64,000 nt of DNA from Vulcanimicrobiota bacterium. Its GTDB lineage: Bacteria > Vulcanimicrobiota > SpSt-956 > JAKJGF01. A model generated the notes under the pieces. It worked only from the letters and a program-made list of their open reading frames with translations, was not told the origin of the DNA and ran no database searches. Shown in pieces: positions 1 to 8,848 of this stretch; the first letter of the stretch is position 1, and the number at the start of each line of letters is the position of its first letter. The DNA lies in assembly GCA_040217695.1 (NCBI GenBank), contig JBEHWO010000003.1:3948-67947 (forward strand), given 5' to 3'. The position numbers were made by a program, and so were the translations under genes.

Positions 1-21
1 TTCTTTAATGCCATTATACAT
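1..21 (-). CDS. Partial CDS running off the window (MYNGIKE...), probable DUF2442 (DhiA-like) antitoxin
   Basis: ATG at 21 with GGGGGG RBS just after the DUF4160 stop; identity inferred only from the usual DUF4160-DUF2442 pairing. Confidence 0.45.
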
Positions 22-32
22 ACTATTCCCCC

Positions 33-299
33 CTATTTTAAAGGTTCGATCCTGAAAGGAAGCTCGCCGTTAGACGCAAGCTGCCAGTCTGCGAGGAGTT
101 CTTCTTTACGTAATTCAGCCCATGCAGTAACCAGTTTGGCCTGTTTTACAGGCAAATTCCCACCGGTAATTTCGCAACTGCCTATATCTACTATTGCTTT
201 ATATTCCTGATAATAAGCATGAAAATGCGGAGGATTATGTTCCGATGGTGTACAATACATTCTTATAATAATACCGTAAAACATACTGATAGTCGGCAT
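33..299 (-). CDS. DUF4160 family protein (DhiT-like toxin)
   Basis: MPTISMFYGIIIRMY...EHNPPHFHAYY...W...EL...W...IEPL signature; start moved to MPTIS. Confidence 0.85.
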   Translation of the reverse strand: MPTISMFYGIIIRMYCTPSEHNPPHFHAYYQEYKAIVDIGSCEITGGNLPVKQAKLVTAWAELRKEELLADWQLASNGELPFRIEPLK

Positions 300-467
300 A
301 AAAAGCATCCTCTTTTATCGCAGGTTCTTTATTTATTATATCATAATATGTTTTAATTTGTAATATGGATTTAATTTGCTGATGTGAGCGTGATGGTGTT
401 TTTTTACGACAGATAGATTTACTTTTACTGGAAATTATAATTGATTTCATAAATCTATTAATTGATG

Positions 468-525
468 AGGGTGTCGGGTGATGGGTTAAGAAGATCCAGG
501 CCCCGGAACCCGGAACCCAAAACCT
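468..525. repeat. Heptamer hairpin repeat (GGGTGTC/GGGTGAT arm, GGAACCC arm)
   Basis: 7-bp units in inverted arrangement; similar to the reverse complement of 29630-29690. Confidence 0.55.
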
Positions 526-594
526 TAGACATTTAATTAATTTTCATTTATATATAAAATTACCTGTTCACTCATTACTCATAACGCTCTAAAG

Positions 595-1392
595 TTATCC
601 TCCGTTAATATTTAACCTTTTTAATCCCATAGAATATATAAAATAACATATGAAACCTGTTATTATAGCCCATAGACACTGCATTTTTATTACATAGAGG
701 AAATTCATCCAGTCAAATCTGATAAAGAGCTTTGCCGGTTCATATACCATAAAACCGAAAGGAAGGCATGACGCTATAGTTCTGAACATGGGAGGAAAAA
801 AATCCAGAGGTATAAGCATGCCTCCGAAAACGAAGATTATTTTATGATATATGAAAGATGCCATATTGGTGTCTTCCAGCCAGAAAGCGGAAAAGCCTAT
901 AGACATTCTTATGAAGAATTCCATAATAGTTGCAAATATTACGGTAATAAGTACAGGTAAAAATGTGAAACCATTAAATTTTATGGGACCTACCCAGAAA
1001 TAAACCATTACAGAGCCTGCGAGAAGATTTATTATGAGCTGCGGCAAAAATTCTCCTGTCCACAGGGATAGTTGAAACATAAGGTAATTGTAAGGCTTAT
1101 TTAACATGTAGGCAATGTTTCCGGATTTTACTTCCTGATCTATTTTTTCTTCAGGTCTTCCTCTTGAAGTAACCAGGGATTCCGTAAACATGAGATACCA
1201 GAGCATGTCGGCAAGAGTAAAGCCTTCTATACTGCCTCCGCCATGTTCATAGACCGCTCTCCATAACTGGGTGAATATATAGAGGATCATGATAAGAAAT
1301 AATGTTTTCAATACCCGTTCCAGGAGATATGTAAAACTGTTTGATATAGTTACCGTAAAGATTTTTGTATATTTAGAAAGACTCTTCCACAT
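595..1392 (-). CDS. ABC-2 family transporter permease (DUF990-like)
   Basis: Multiple TM segments, GNIAYMLNKP and GGMLIPLDFFP motifs, C-terminal NGG; follows ABC ATPase. Confidence 0.85.
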   Translation of the reverse strand: MWKSLSKYTKIFTVTISNSFTYLLERVLKTLFLIMILYIFTQLWRAVYEHGGGSIEGFTLADMLWYLMFTESLVTSRGRPEEKIDQEVKSGNIAYMLNKPYNYLMFQLSLWTGEFLPQLIINLLAGSVMVYFWVGPIKFNGFTFLPVLITVIFATIMEFFIRMSIGFSAFWLEDTNMASFIYHKIIFVFGGMLIPLDFFPPMFRTIASCLPFGFMVYEPAKLFIRFDWMNFLYVIKMQCLWAIITGFICYFIYSMGLKRLNINGG

Positions 1393-1424
1393 ATGTTAAA
1401 ACCTCTGTATTCAGCCGGTTTATT

Positions 1425-1474
1425 CGTATCACACGCATTACGCGTCACACATTACGCGTCACGCCCGTTACGCC
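1425..1474 (-). repeat. GTGACGC/GTAACGC-type heptamer array overlapping ATPase 3' end
   Basis: Minus strand GCGTAACGGGCGTGACGCGTAATGTGTGACGCGTAATGCGTGTGA. Confidence 0.75.
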
Positions 1475-2452
1475 CTCGTTATAAATAGCTCCTATTATTT
1501 CCTCCAGAGGCGGATCTGCCACATTTATATCCTCAATCTCAAAATTGCCTATCAGATAATCCATTAATTTTCTTATAGGGCATATTTCGCTGTCTGTTTC
1601 CAGTTTCAGCCCGTATTTTCCTCTTTTAATTATTTTACACCCTTCCATTGGAAGTTCTTCGGGAGGAATGTCACCGAAACGTACTCCCACAATTTTTCTT
1701 TTCATGGAAGTTCTTTTAAGTTCCGAAACCTGACCTTCATAAACAATAGTTCCTTCATTTATTATGATTACCCTTTTACAGAGTTTTTCTATATCTCCCA
1801 CATCATGAGAGGTAAGCAGTATTGTTACCTGTTCCCTTTCACTCATTTCCCTGATGAGTTCGCGAAAGGTTTTTTTTGATACTACATCAAGACCTATCGT
1901 AGGTTCATCCAGGAATATTACTTCAGGGTTGTGAAGCAGCGAGGCAACCATTTCACATCTCATTCTCTGTCCCAGTGACAGCTGTCTTACAGGGGTATTT
2001 ATAAATGGGGTTATTTCAAATAGCTCTACAAGTTCGGCCACTCTTTTTTTATATACATGAAAATCCATCTCATAGATTTTCCCGAATAATTCAAAGGTAT
2101 CTCCCGGAGGAAGGTGATACCATAACTGCGGTTTCTGACCGAATACCGCTCCTGTTTTAAAGGAAAGTTTCTGTCTGTCTTTCCACGGGATATGGCCCAG
2201 AACATTTACTTCTCCTCCGTCAGGATGGAGAATGCCTGTGAGGATTTTTATGGTAGTCGATTTTCCTGCACCGTTGGGGCCGATAAAGGCAAGTCTTTCT
2301 CCCTTTTCTATCTGAAAGCTTATGTTTTTTACAGCCTCCGAAATATTAAATTCGGGCTTTATCAAAGATTTTAAAGTGCCTTTCAGACCGGGTTTCTGTA
2401 TCTTTACTTTAAAGGTTTTAGAGAGGTTTTTTACGTTTACTACAGTACTCAT
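1445..2452 (-). CDS. ABC transporter ATP-binding protein
   Basis: Walker A GPNGAGKST, signature LSLGQ, Walker B IFLDEPT. Confidence 0.95.
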   Translation of the reverse strand: MSTVVNVKNLSKTFKVKIQKPGLKGTLKSLIKPEFNISEAVKNISFQIEKGERLAFIGPNGAGKSTTIKILTGILHPDGGEVNVLGHIPWKDRQKLSFKTGAVFGQKPQLWYHLPPGDTFELFGKIYEMDFHVYKKRVAELVELFEITPFINTPVRQLSLGQRMRCEMVASLLHNPEVIFLDEPTIGLDVVSKKTFRELIREMSEREQVTILLTSHDVGDIEKLCKRVIIINEGTIVYEGQVSELKRTSMKRKIVGVRFGDIPPEELPMEGCKIIKRGKYGLKLETDSEICPIRKLMDYLIGNFEIEDINVADPPLEEIIGAIYNEGVTGVTRNV

Positions 2453-2454
2453 AT

Positions 2455-2515
2455 CAGTTACCAGTTACCGGTTACCAGTTACCAGAGTTATTTGGTAACT
2501 GGTAACTGGTAACTG
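2455..2515. repeat. Heptamer hairpin (CAGTTAC)x4 / (GTAACTG)x3
   Basis: Inverted heptamer arrays filling the manC-ATPase spacer. Confidence 0.85.
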
Positions 2516-3577
2516 TTACAGGTATTTATTCAGTCCTTTTTTCTTTAAAATTTCTATAATATCCTGAACCTTCTGGGAATCTTTCATATGTCCTGCAAGT
2601 ACGGCATCGTCCGTATTTACAAGGAATAAATCTTCCAGTCCTATAGTTGCTACAAGTTTATCTGTTTTATTACATATAAAGCAATGTTTTGTATCGATGG
2701 AGACACACGGGCCTTCTATTATATTGCCCTGTTCCTGTCCGTTCCCGTCCGATGTATTTAATTGAAGATCAAAGAGGGATTTCCAGCTTCCTACATCACT
2801 CCATTCGAAAGAGGCAGGTATTACAGCTACAGGTCTTTTTGTTTTTTCCATAATGCCGTAGTCTATGGAAACAGACGTTATTGTGCTGTAAACATCTCTT
2901 AATACATTGTTATGTTCTTTCTTACCGATAGATTCTTTTATAATCTGAAGTTTTTCGTAAAGATCCGGCAGCAGTATTGATATCTCCTCCAACATAACAT
3001 GAGGAGTGAATACAAATATGCCGGAATTCCAGAAATATTCTCCGCTGACCAGGTATTCAATTGCTTTATTTATATCAGGTTTTTCTACAAATCTTTTTAC
3101 CATATATGCCCGGTCTTCCAGAGAGTCACCTCTGAGGATGTAACCGTAACCTGTTTCGGGCCCTGTAGGCTTTACTCCTATAGTAACTATATATCCTTTT
3201 TTCGCTACATCCATAGCTTCTTTAAGGGTTTTTTGAAAAATTTCTCTGTCAGGTATAAAGTGGTCTGCCGGTACTACTGCTACAGGGGCTTCTGTGTCTT
3301 TAATATATACTGATGCAAGTCCTACGCATGGTGCGGTGTTTTTTCCGAAAGGCTCTTTTAATATCAGGGATTTATTTTCCGATGGTATCAGATCTTTATG
3401 CTCTTCATTTATTACTATTATTCTGTTTTCCGGTGCAATGAAACCGTCGAGTCTATTCAATGTCTGGGTCAGCATTGTTTCTTCTCCGATAATACTCAGG
3501 AATTGCTTCGGAAGAGAATTTCTGCTGTAAGGCCAGAAACGTTTCCCCACACCACCGGCCATAATTACGGCAAACAT
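2516..3577 (-). CDS. manC: Mannose-1-phosphate guanylyltransferase
   Basis: AVIMAGGVGKRFWPYSR...PKQFL, EPFGKNTAP, PADH, FVEKP, WNSGIF, WSDVGSW. Confidence 0.92.
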   Translation of the reverse strand: MFAVIMAGGVGKRFWPYSRNSLPKQFLSIIGEETMLTQTLNRLDGFIAPENRIIVINEEHKDLIPSENKSLILKEPFGKNTAPCVGLASVYIKDTEAPVAVVPADHFIPDREIFQKTLKEAMDVAKKGYIVTIGVKPTGPETGYGYILRGDSLEDRAYMVKRFVEKPDINKAIEYLVSGEYFWNSGIFVFTPHVMLEEISILLPDLYEKLQIIKESIGKKEHNNVLRDVYSTITSVSIDYGIMEKTKRPVAVIPASFEWSDVGSWKSLFDLQLNTSDGNGQEQGNIIEGPCVSIDTKHCFICNKTDKLVATIGLEDLFLVNTDDAVLAGHMKDSQKVQDIIEILKKKGLNKYL

Positions 3578-3659
3578 GTTTAAATCTCCTCGAGAAATAT
3601 GTTATGTTACTGTACTGAACAGGAGCATTAACAAACCTCCTGTCACGGGTCACGAATTA

Positions 3660-3884
3660 CTATTTATCCTGTTCAAGTTTTTCCATAAGATTGTTCAGAT
3701 TTTCTTTTGTATTCTTCAGAGTTTCTTTCAGTATTTTTACGAGTTCTTCTTCAGAACTTGCAATCTTTATGGCTTCCTCTATGTTGGATGTTATATCGGA
3801 AGCGGTCCTGGAAAAAATTTCTATGACATTTTTCAATTCATCACTGATTGTTCCATCAATAATTACAGGCTTCTTTTCTCCCAT
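3660..3884 (-). CDS. Small coiled-coil hypothetical protein
   Basis: 74-aa ORF co-oriented between HK-like gene and manC. Confidence 0.55.
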   Translation of the reverse strand: MGEKKPVIIDGTISDELKNVIEIFSRTASDITSNIEEAIKIASSEEELVKILKETLKNTKENLNNLMEKLEQDK

Positions 3885-3901
3885 AAAATAAGGTTCCTTT
3901 C

Positions 3902-4711
3902 TTAACTTTTTTCAGGCAGCCATATTATAAAATTACTTCCTTCTCCGGGACGGCTTTCCACTTCTATTCTGCCTTTATGTTCTTTTATTGTCGAATAGAC
4001 CCCTGAAATACTGTGGCCCATTCTGGATAATATCTTCCTGCTGAGGGCTCCTCTGATTATTTTATCAGGATTGAATATATTTTTTAATGACTCTCTGCAT
4101 ACACCCTCTCCTGTATCGGTGAATATCACTTTTATATGTTTTTCCTCCAATTTTGTAGTTATAGTTATTTCTCCTCTTTCATAGGCTGATTTTATTAAAT
4201 CTCTTGAATTAAGCAGTATTGTTACAAAAGCTTCACGAAGATACTGTTCTTTCCCGGAAATTGCAGGTATGGTGCCGTAATTTTTTACAATATCTATTTT
4301 ATCATCTTCAAATATGGAATTTGTAAGTATCAGTATGTCTTCTATAATTTCGTTTATATGAATAGTTCTCACTTCACATGACGAATTTCCTGCAATACCA
4401 ATAAGGGTTCTAAGCAATTTTTCCCCGCTGTTGCAGCACGTAATGAAATCTTTGAATTCCTGCTTTATTTCTTCAGGAAAATCTCTGTCCAGCATTTTCA
4501 TAACCAGTTTTTTCGGGCCTATTAATATATTATTAAATTCCCTGGCTATACCACCTGCAACACTGCCTGTAGCTATCATCCTGTCCGATGTTATAATATC
4601 TCCCACAAGTATTTTGCAATCTCTGCAGAGTTCTTCATTTTTCTGTATTATATAATCATATTCTTTTGCCAGATTTTCAAGTAATTCTCTCTCTTTCAGA
4701 TTAAAAAACAC
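3902..4711 (-). CDS. Degenerate histidine kinase-like protein (HisKA-like + HATPase_c), phospho-His replaced by Arg
   Basis: AGGIAREFNNIL H-box, N-box LLNSRD, DTGEG, VESRPGEGSNF; G2 box eroded. Confidence 0.75.
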   Translation of the reverse strand: MFFNLKERELLENLAKEYDYIIQKNEELCRDCKILVGDIITSDRMIATGSVAGGIAREFNNILIGPKKLVMKMLDRDFPEEIKQEFKDFITCCNSGEKLLRTLIGIAGNSSCEVRTIHINEIIEDILILTNSIFEDDKIDIVKNYGTIPAISGKEQYLREAFVTILLNSRDLIKSAYERGEITITTKLEEKHIKVIFTDTGEGVCRESLKNIFNPDKIIRGALSRKILSRMGHSISGVYSTIKEHKGRIEVESRPGEGSNFIIWLPEKS

Positions 4712-4724
4712 CGGCCTTTCTATC

Positions 4725-4764
4725 GGTTCAGGGTTAAAAGATCCTGTCTTTATAACCCTGAACC
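4725..4764 (-). terminator. Inverted repeat after P-loop gene, possible terminator
   Basis: GGTTCAGGGTTA...TAACCCTGAACC 12-bp stem; no clear U tract. Confidence 0.4.
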
Positions 4765-4773
4765 AATCCAGTT

Positions 4774-5505
4774 TTAATGATATTTACACTTGAGTTCCCA
4801 GAGTTTCGGCATAACTTCCTTCAGGCGCTGTGCCAGTAAATCCGGTTTATTTGTAGTTACATCATCTTCGTTTTCAAATATTATATAAGGAACTTTGATA
4901 CCTTTGATTTCAATATATTCAGGATGGTTCCCTTTGAATTCTTCCCAGTCAATCTCTTTATAAAGTTTTTCCACCTTTGAATCGGGAAGTCCATGCTCAA
5001 GAATACTGTCGGGTTTGTTGGGATTAAAACGTTTTCGATTTTTCCTGAGAGACTCTGAAAAAGATACATTTACATACAGAATAACTGCTTTTTTGAGCAT
5101 ATCTTCATTTATATGTGCATAGGCTTCTTTATATCCGCCATGTTCGGAACCTCTGGAAAATTCGATAATATTTGTATATGTATCATGATAATTCTCATGA
5201 TCCCTCAGTTTTTTACTGTATTCCAGACATATTCTCTCAACGAGTAAGTGCCACAGATAGGGATATTTGAAATATGCATCTTCCGTAGAATGTAATCTCG
5301 GTTTGCCGAGTACTTTTTCCAGTATATGATCCTCTTCAAACCATGTCCAGAGCATAGGGAAATCGTCAATCTCTTCAAACTCTCCTATGTGAAACAGTTT
5401 TTGTCTCTCTTCTACAGGTGTCTTTTTAAAGAAATCAATAACTTCACTTTTCCCTGCACCGGGTCTTGCATTTAAAAAGATAATATCAAAAGTATTTTTT
5501 CCCAT
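4774..5505 (-). CDS. Conserved hypothetical P-loop NTPase/kinase-like protein
   Basis: N-terminal ARPGAGKSE Walker A-like motif; start set at MGKNT. Confidence 0.7.
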   Translation of the reverse strand: MGKNTFDIIFLNARPGAGKSEVIDFFKKTPVEERQKLFHIGEFEEIDDFPMLWTWFEEDHILEKVLGKPRLHSTEDAYFKYPYLWHLLVERICLEYSKKLRDHENYHDTYTNIIEFSRGSEHGGYKEAYAHINEDMLKKAVILYVNVSFSESLRKNRKRFNPNKPDSILEHGLPDSKVEKLYKEIDWEEFKGNHPEYIEIKGIKVPYIIFENEDDVTTNKPDLLAQRLKEVMPKLWELKCKYH

Positions 5506-5545
5506 AAGTCTTAATCTCACCTTCCTGATTTAAATTTTTTATTTA

Positions 5546-5570
5546 TTTCGACAAAAGTTTTTTAAAGCCT
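5546..5570 (-). promoter_or_regulatory. Putative SigH-like promoter
   Basis: AGGC-N17-GAAA with GTC before the -10 element, ~40 nt upstream of start. Confidence 0.4.
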
Positions 5571-5730
5571 TTTATTGTTTGACTGAAAAGTTTTAAAATG
5601 ATAATATATATGAAGCAGAATATCAGTACGTTTTATCAGAATGTACAGGTAATCCTCGCGTCACGGGTCACGAATTTTTTTATTTCTAATAAACCGGCTA
5701 TATATAAAGAAAGGTGAGGTGTAATTTATT

Positions 5731-6558
5731 TTGGATGATGAAAAAGAACTGCAGGCAAGAAAAGGACAGAAAATCGAAATAAACAGAATGATGGCTCCTG
5801 TGTTTCAAACAGGCGGCAGGACTCAGACTTCGGCTATCATTGCAGGTATAAAACCTTTACCTCCCGGCTTAATTCCTGATACAAATATATCCCTGAATAA
5901 TAAGGCTGAAAATAAGCCAAAGGTGGATATGTATAACCTGGCTAAAATGCAAATGGCTCCTCCTATAAAAAGTAAAGAAAAGAAGAATGAGAACAATAAA
6001 AAAGAAACGACAGAACAGAAAGACAGGCTTATTCCTTTGCAGATGGCTACAACCATATCAGGTCAGACTCTTATGTATAAAAAACCTGAGAGTAAACCTC
6101 AGACACAGAGAAGCGAACCTGTTGCTCCCGTGACGAAATCTGCTGAACCTGCCATGTCTGCAATGAGCCTCCTTAAATATATAAGTGTATCTGTTAAATG
6201 CCGTAGGATTATATATGAAAAAGAATATATGCATGAACTCATACAGGAAGTGGAACAGGATCTTTCAGGTGCAGATTCCGGTAAAATAGAAGAAACAATA
6301 AGAATTCTTTCTGAAGAAAAGAGCAAATTAAAAGAAAAGGATTTCCCTCCCGGTGTGGATAATACATTTATAGAAGCCAGGAAACTTCTCCTTAACTCAA
6401 TAGATATGTTCACAGGCGGCCTTGACCATATAAAGGCATGTCTGGAAAAAGGAGAGCCTTCTGAAGTGGGACACGGTAAGAATACAATAGGCCAGGCTTT
6501 CCGGGAAATGGATAAATATTTCAATATAAGAGATGAAATTAAATCAAAAATGGTATGA
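5731..6558 (+). CDS. Hypothetical protein, disordered N-half and helical C-half
   Basis: 275-aa ORF, GAGGTG RBS before TTG. Confidence 0.7.
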   Translation: MDDEKELQARKGQKIEINRMMAPVFQTGGRTQTSAIIAGIKPLPPGLIPDTNISLNNKAENKPKVDMYNLAKMQMAPPIKSKEKKNENNKKETTEQKDRLIPLQMATTISGQTLMYKKPESKPQTQRSEPVAPVTKSAEPAMSAMSLLKYISVSVKCRRIIYEKEYMHELIQEVEQDLSGADSGKIEETIRILSEEKSKLKEKDFPPGVDNTFIEARKLLLNSIDMFTGGLDHIKACLEKGEPSEVGHGKNTIGQAFREMDKYFNIRDEIKSKMV

Positions 6559-6574
6559 TATTTATCGTCGCAGG

Positions 6575-7873
6575 TCATGATTTTAACAGATATGATTTAA
6601 ATATCCGGCCATCATCAGGCATAAATACAGATTTTTTTTCTTTATTTAATGCTGCTTTCAGCCTTCCAGGTATTTCTATGGCAGTCTTTATAACAGGTTC
6701 AATAATATCCATAAATTTTGCCGGATGGGCTGTTTCCAGGAAAATCCTGTTGAAATTACCTTTATATTCTTTTTCATATTCTTTAAGTCCGAGATAACCT
6801 GTTGCACCATGTGGATCCAGTATATAACCGGTTTTTTCATATAATTCACTTATAGCCTTACAGGTATCTTCATCGGTAAAGCTGTATCCTGTGACATCTT
6901 CTCTGATTTTATTTATATCAGAATTATATAGTGAGAGGATTCTTGTAAAATTACTCGGATTCCCTACATCCATGGCATTTGAAATGGTTTTTTTAGACGG
7001 TTTGCATATAAGCTGCCCTGTCTTTAAATAATGTGGCACAATATCATTGATATTTGTACTGGCGATAAATTTATGGACAGCAAGCCCCATCTTCTTTGCA
7101 ATAAGTCCTGCAGTAAGGTTCCCGAAATTGCCGCTCGGCACAGAAAATACTACAGGCCTGTCTTTTACCCGGGAACAGGCATAAAAATAATAGAAACTCT
7201 GAGGAATTAAACGGGCAATATTAATGGAATTGGCAGATGTTAATAACAGTTTCCCTGTCAGTTCTTTATCCATGAAAGCCTCTTTTACGAGTTTCTGACA
7301 GTCATCAAAGTTACCGTCTATTTCAATAGCTGTAATATTATTCCCGTGTGTGGTGAGCTGTTTTTCCTGTATTGAGCTTACTTTTCCCGACGGATATAAG
7401 ATTATTACTCTTATACCGGGTATATTGAGGAAACCGCTGGCAACGGCAGAACCTGTATCGCCGGATGTTGCAACGAGTATATAGATTTCTCTGTTCATAT
7501 TGCCTGCAAAATAAGACATTATCCTGGCCATAAATCTTGCTCCGAAATCTTTGAATGCCAGAGTCGGACCGTGGAAGAGTTCCATTACATAAAGATTTTC
7601 TTCCAGTTTTACAAGGGGAACGTCAAAATTTATGGCATCGTCTATAATGCCTCTGAGACTATCTTCAGGAATTTCTCCGGCAAGGAAATGTCTGGCTACT
7701 TCAAAAGCAATATCCTGAAAAGACATTTCGGCTGTTTTTGAAAAGAAATCAGATTCCATAAGAGGAATACGGGAAGGCATAAATAAACCGTTATCTTCAG
7801 GCATGCCTTTGAACAGTGCCTCCTGAAAGGTAACAGCTTTTATTTTTTTATTAGTGCTGTAAAAGGTTATCAT
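6575..7873 (-). CDS. thrC: Threonine synthase
   Basis: ELFHGPTLAFKDFGAR PLP lysine motif, ATSGDTG, SANSIN, PSGNFGN, TAHPAKF; start MITFYST. Confidence 0.96.
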   Translation of the reverse strand: MITFYSTNKKIKAVTFQEALFKGMPEDNGLFMPSRIPLMESDFFSKTAEMSFQDIAFEVARHFLAGEIPEDSLRGIIDDAINFDVPLVKLEENLYVMELFHGPTLAFKDFGARFMARIMSYFAGNMNREIYILVATSGDTGSAVASGFLNIPGIRVIILYPSGKVSSIQEKQLTTHGNNITAIEIDGNFDDCQKLVKEAFMDKELTGKLLLTSANSINIARLIPQSFYYFYACSRVKDRPVVFSVPSGNFGNLTAGLIAKKMGLAVHKFIASTNINDIVPHYLKTGQLICKPSKKTISNAMDVGNPSNFTRILSLYNSDINKIREDVTGYSFTDEDTCKAISELYEKTGYILDPHGATGYLGLKEYEKEYKGNFNRIFLETAHPAKFMDIIEPVIKTAIEIPGRLKAALNKEKKSVFMPDDGRIFKSYLLKS

Positions 7874-7893
7874 ATCTTTTCTCCCGTCACGCG

Positions 7894-8826
7894 TCACGAC
7901 TCTATTATTTTCGGACCTTCTTCATTGATTTCTGAAATATAAACATGGCTCTGAATATCTATTTTATTAAAAACTTCTTTCATTGCTTTACCTGCTTTTT
8001 CCGCTGTTTCTCCGGAACTGCACAGGGCAAATATAGATGGCCCTGAGCCTGAGATACTGCATCCCAGAGCTCCTGACATCAATGCTGCCTTTTTTACATC
8101 ATAAAATCCCGGTATTAATTTTGCGCGAAAAGGTTCTATAATAACATCTTCAAGTGAGCGGCCTGTCAGATTGTAATCACCGGTAAATAAACCTGTAACA
8201 AGGCCTGCTACGTTTCCAAGTTGCTTTACAGCATCCTTCAGGGAGATTTCAGATTTTAAAATACTTCTTGCATATTCGGTGTTTATTTCAATCGAAGGAT
8301 GGATAACAGTACAGTATAATTCCGGGAGTGTCGGGATTTTTATAATATCCAGCGGGTTGTAGCTTCTTATGATTACAAATCCTCCCAGCAATGCAGGAGC
8401 TACATTGTCGGCATGCCCCGTACCGCAGGCCACCCTTTCACTTTCAATGGCAAAAGGAAGAAGTTCTTTTACTTCCAGAGGTTTGCCCAGTAATATATTT
8501 GCTCCGAAAAGCGCCCCCGCAGCACTGGCAGCACTGGAACCAAGGCCGCTGCTAAGAGGCATTTTTTTATGTATTTCTATTTCAAAACCTTTATCTGATT
8601 TTATATAATCCAGCAGAGCCATTACAGATACGGCTGCAGTATTTTTCTCCGGTTCCTCAGGCAACATGCCTTTATCGCCTGTAATTTTACTAATAACTAT
8701 TCCCCGTTTTTCTTTTAATCTTAACAGTATTTCATCTCCCGGATTATTCAGGGCAAAACCGAATATGTCAAAACCGCATGCCACATTTGCAACAGTGGCG
8801 GGAGCAAATATTTTTATATGCTTCAT
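7894..8826 (-). CDS. thrB: Homoserine kinase
   Basis: APATVANV, PLSSGLGSSAAS GHMP motif, HADNVAP, ISGSGPS. Confidence 0.96.
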   Translation of the reverse strand: MKHIKIFAPATVANVACGFDIFGFALNNPGDEILLRLKEKRGIVISKITGDKGMLPEEPEKNTAAVSVMALLDYIKSDKGFEIEIHKKMPLSSGLGSSAASAAGALFGANILLGKPLEVKELLPFAIESERVACGTGHADNVAPALLGGFVIIRSYNPLDIIKIPTLPELYCTVIHPSIEINTEYARSILKSEISLKDAVKQLGNVAGLVTGLFTGDYNLTGRSLEDVIIEPFRAKLIPGFYDVKKAALMSGALGCSISGSGPSIFALCSSGETAEKAGKAMKEVFNKIDIQSHVYISEINEEGPKIIES

Positions 8827-8848
8827 AAGTTTCGTCCTTACTCACGAC

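Noticed and set aside
235-450. 71-aa ORF overlapping DUF4160 and other short antisense ORFs in the track
   Set aside because: They overlap well-supported genes and show no motifs
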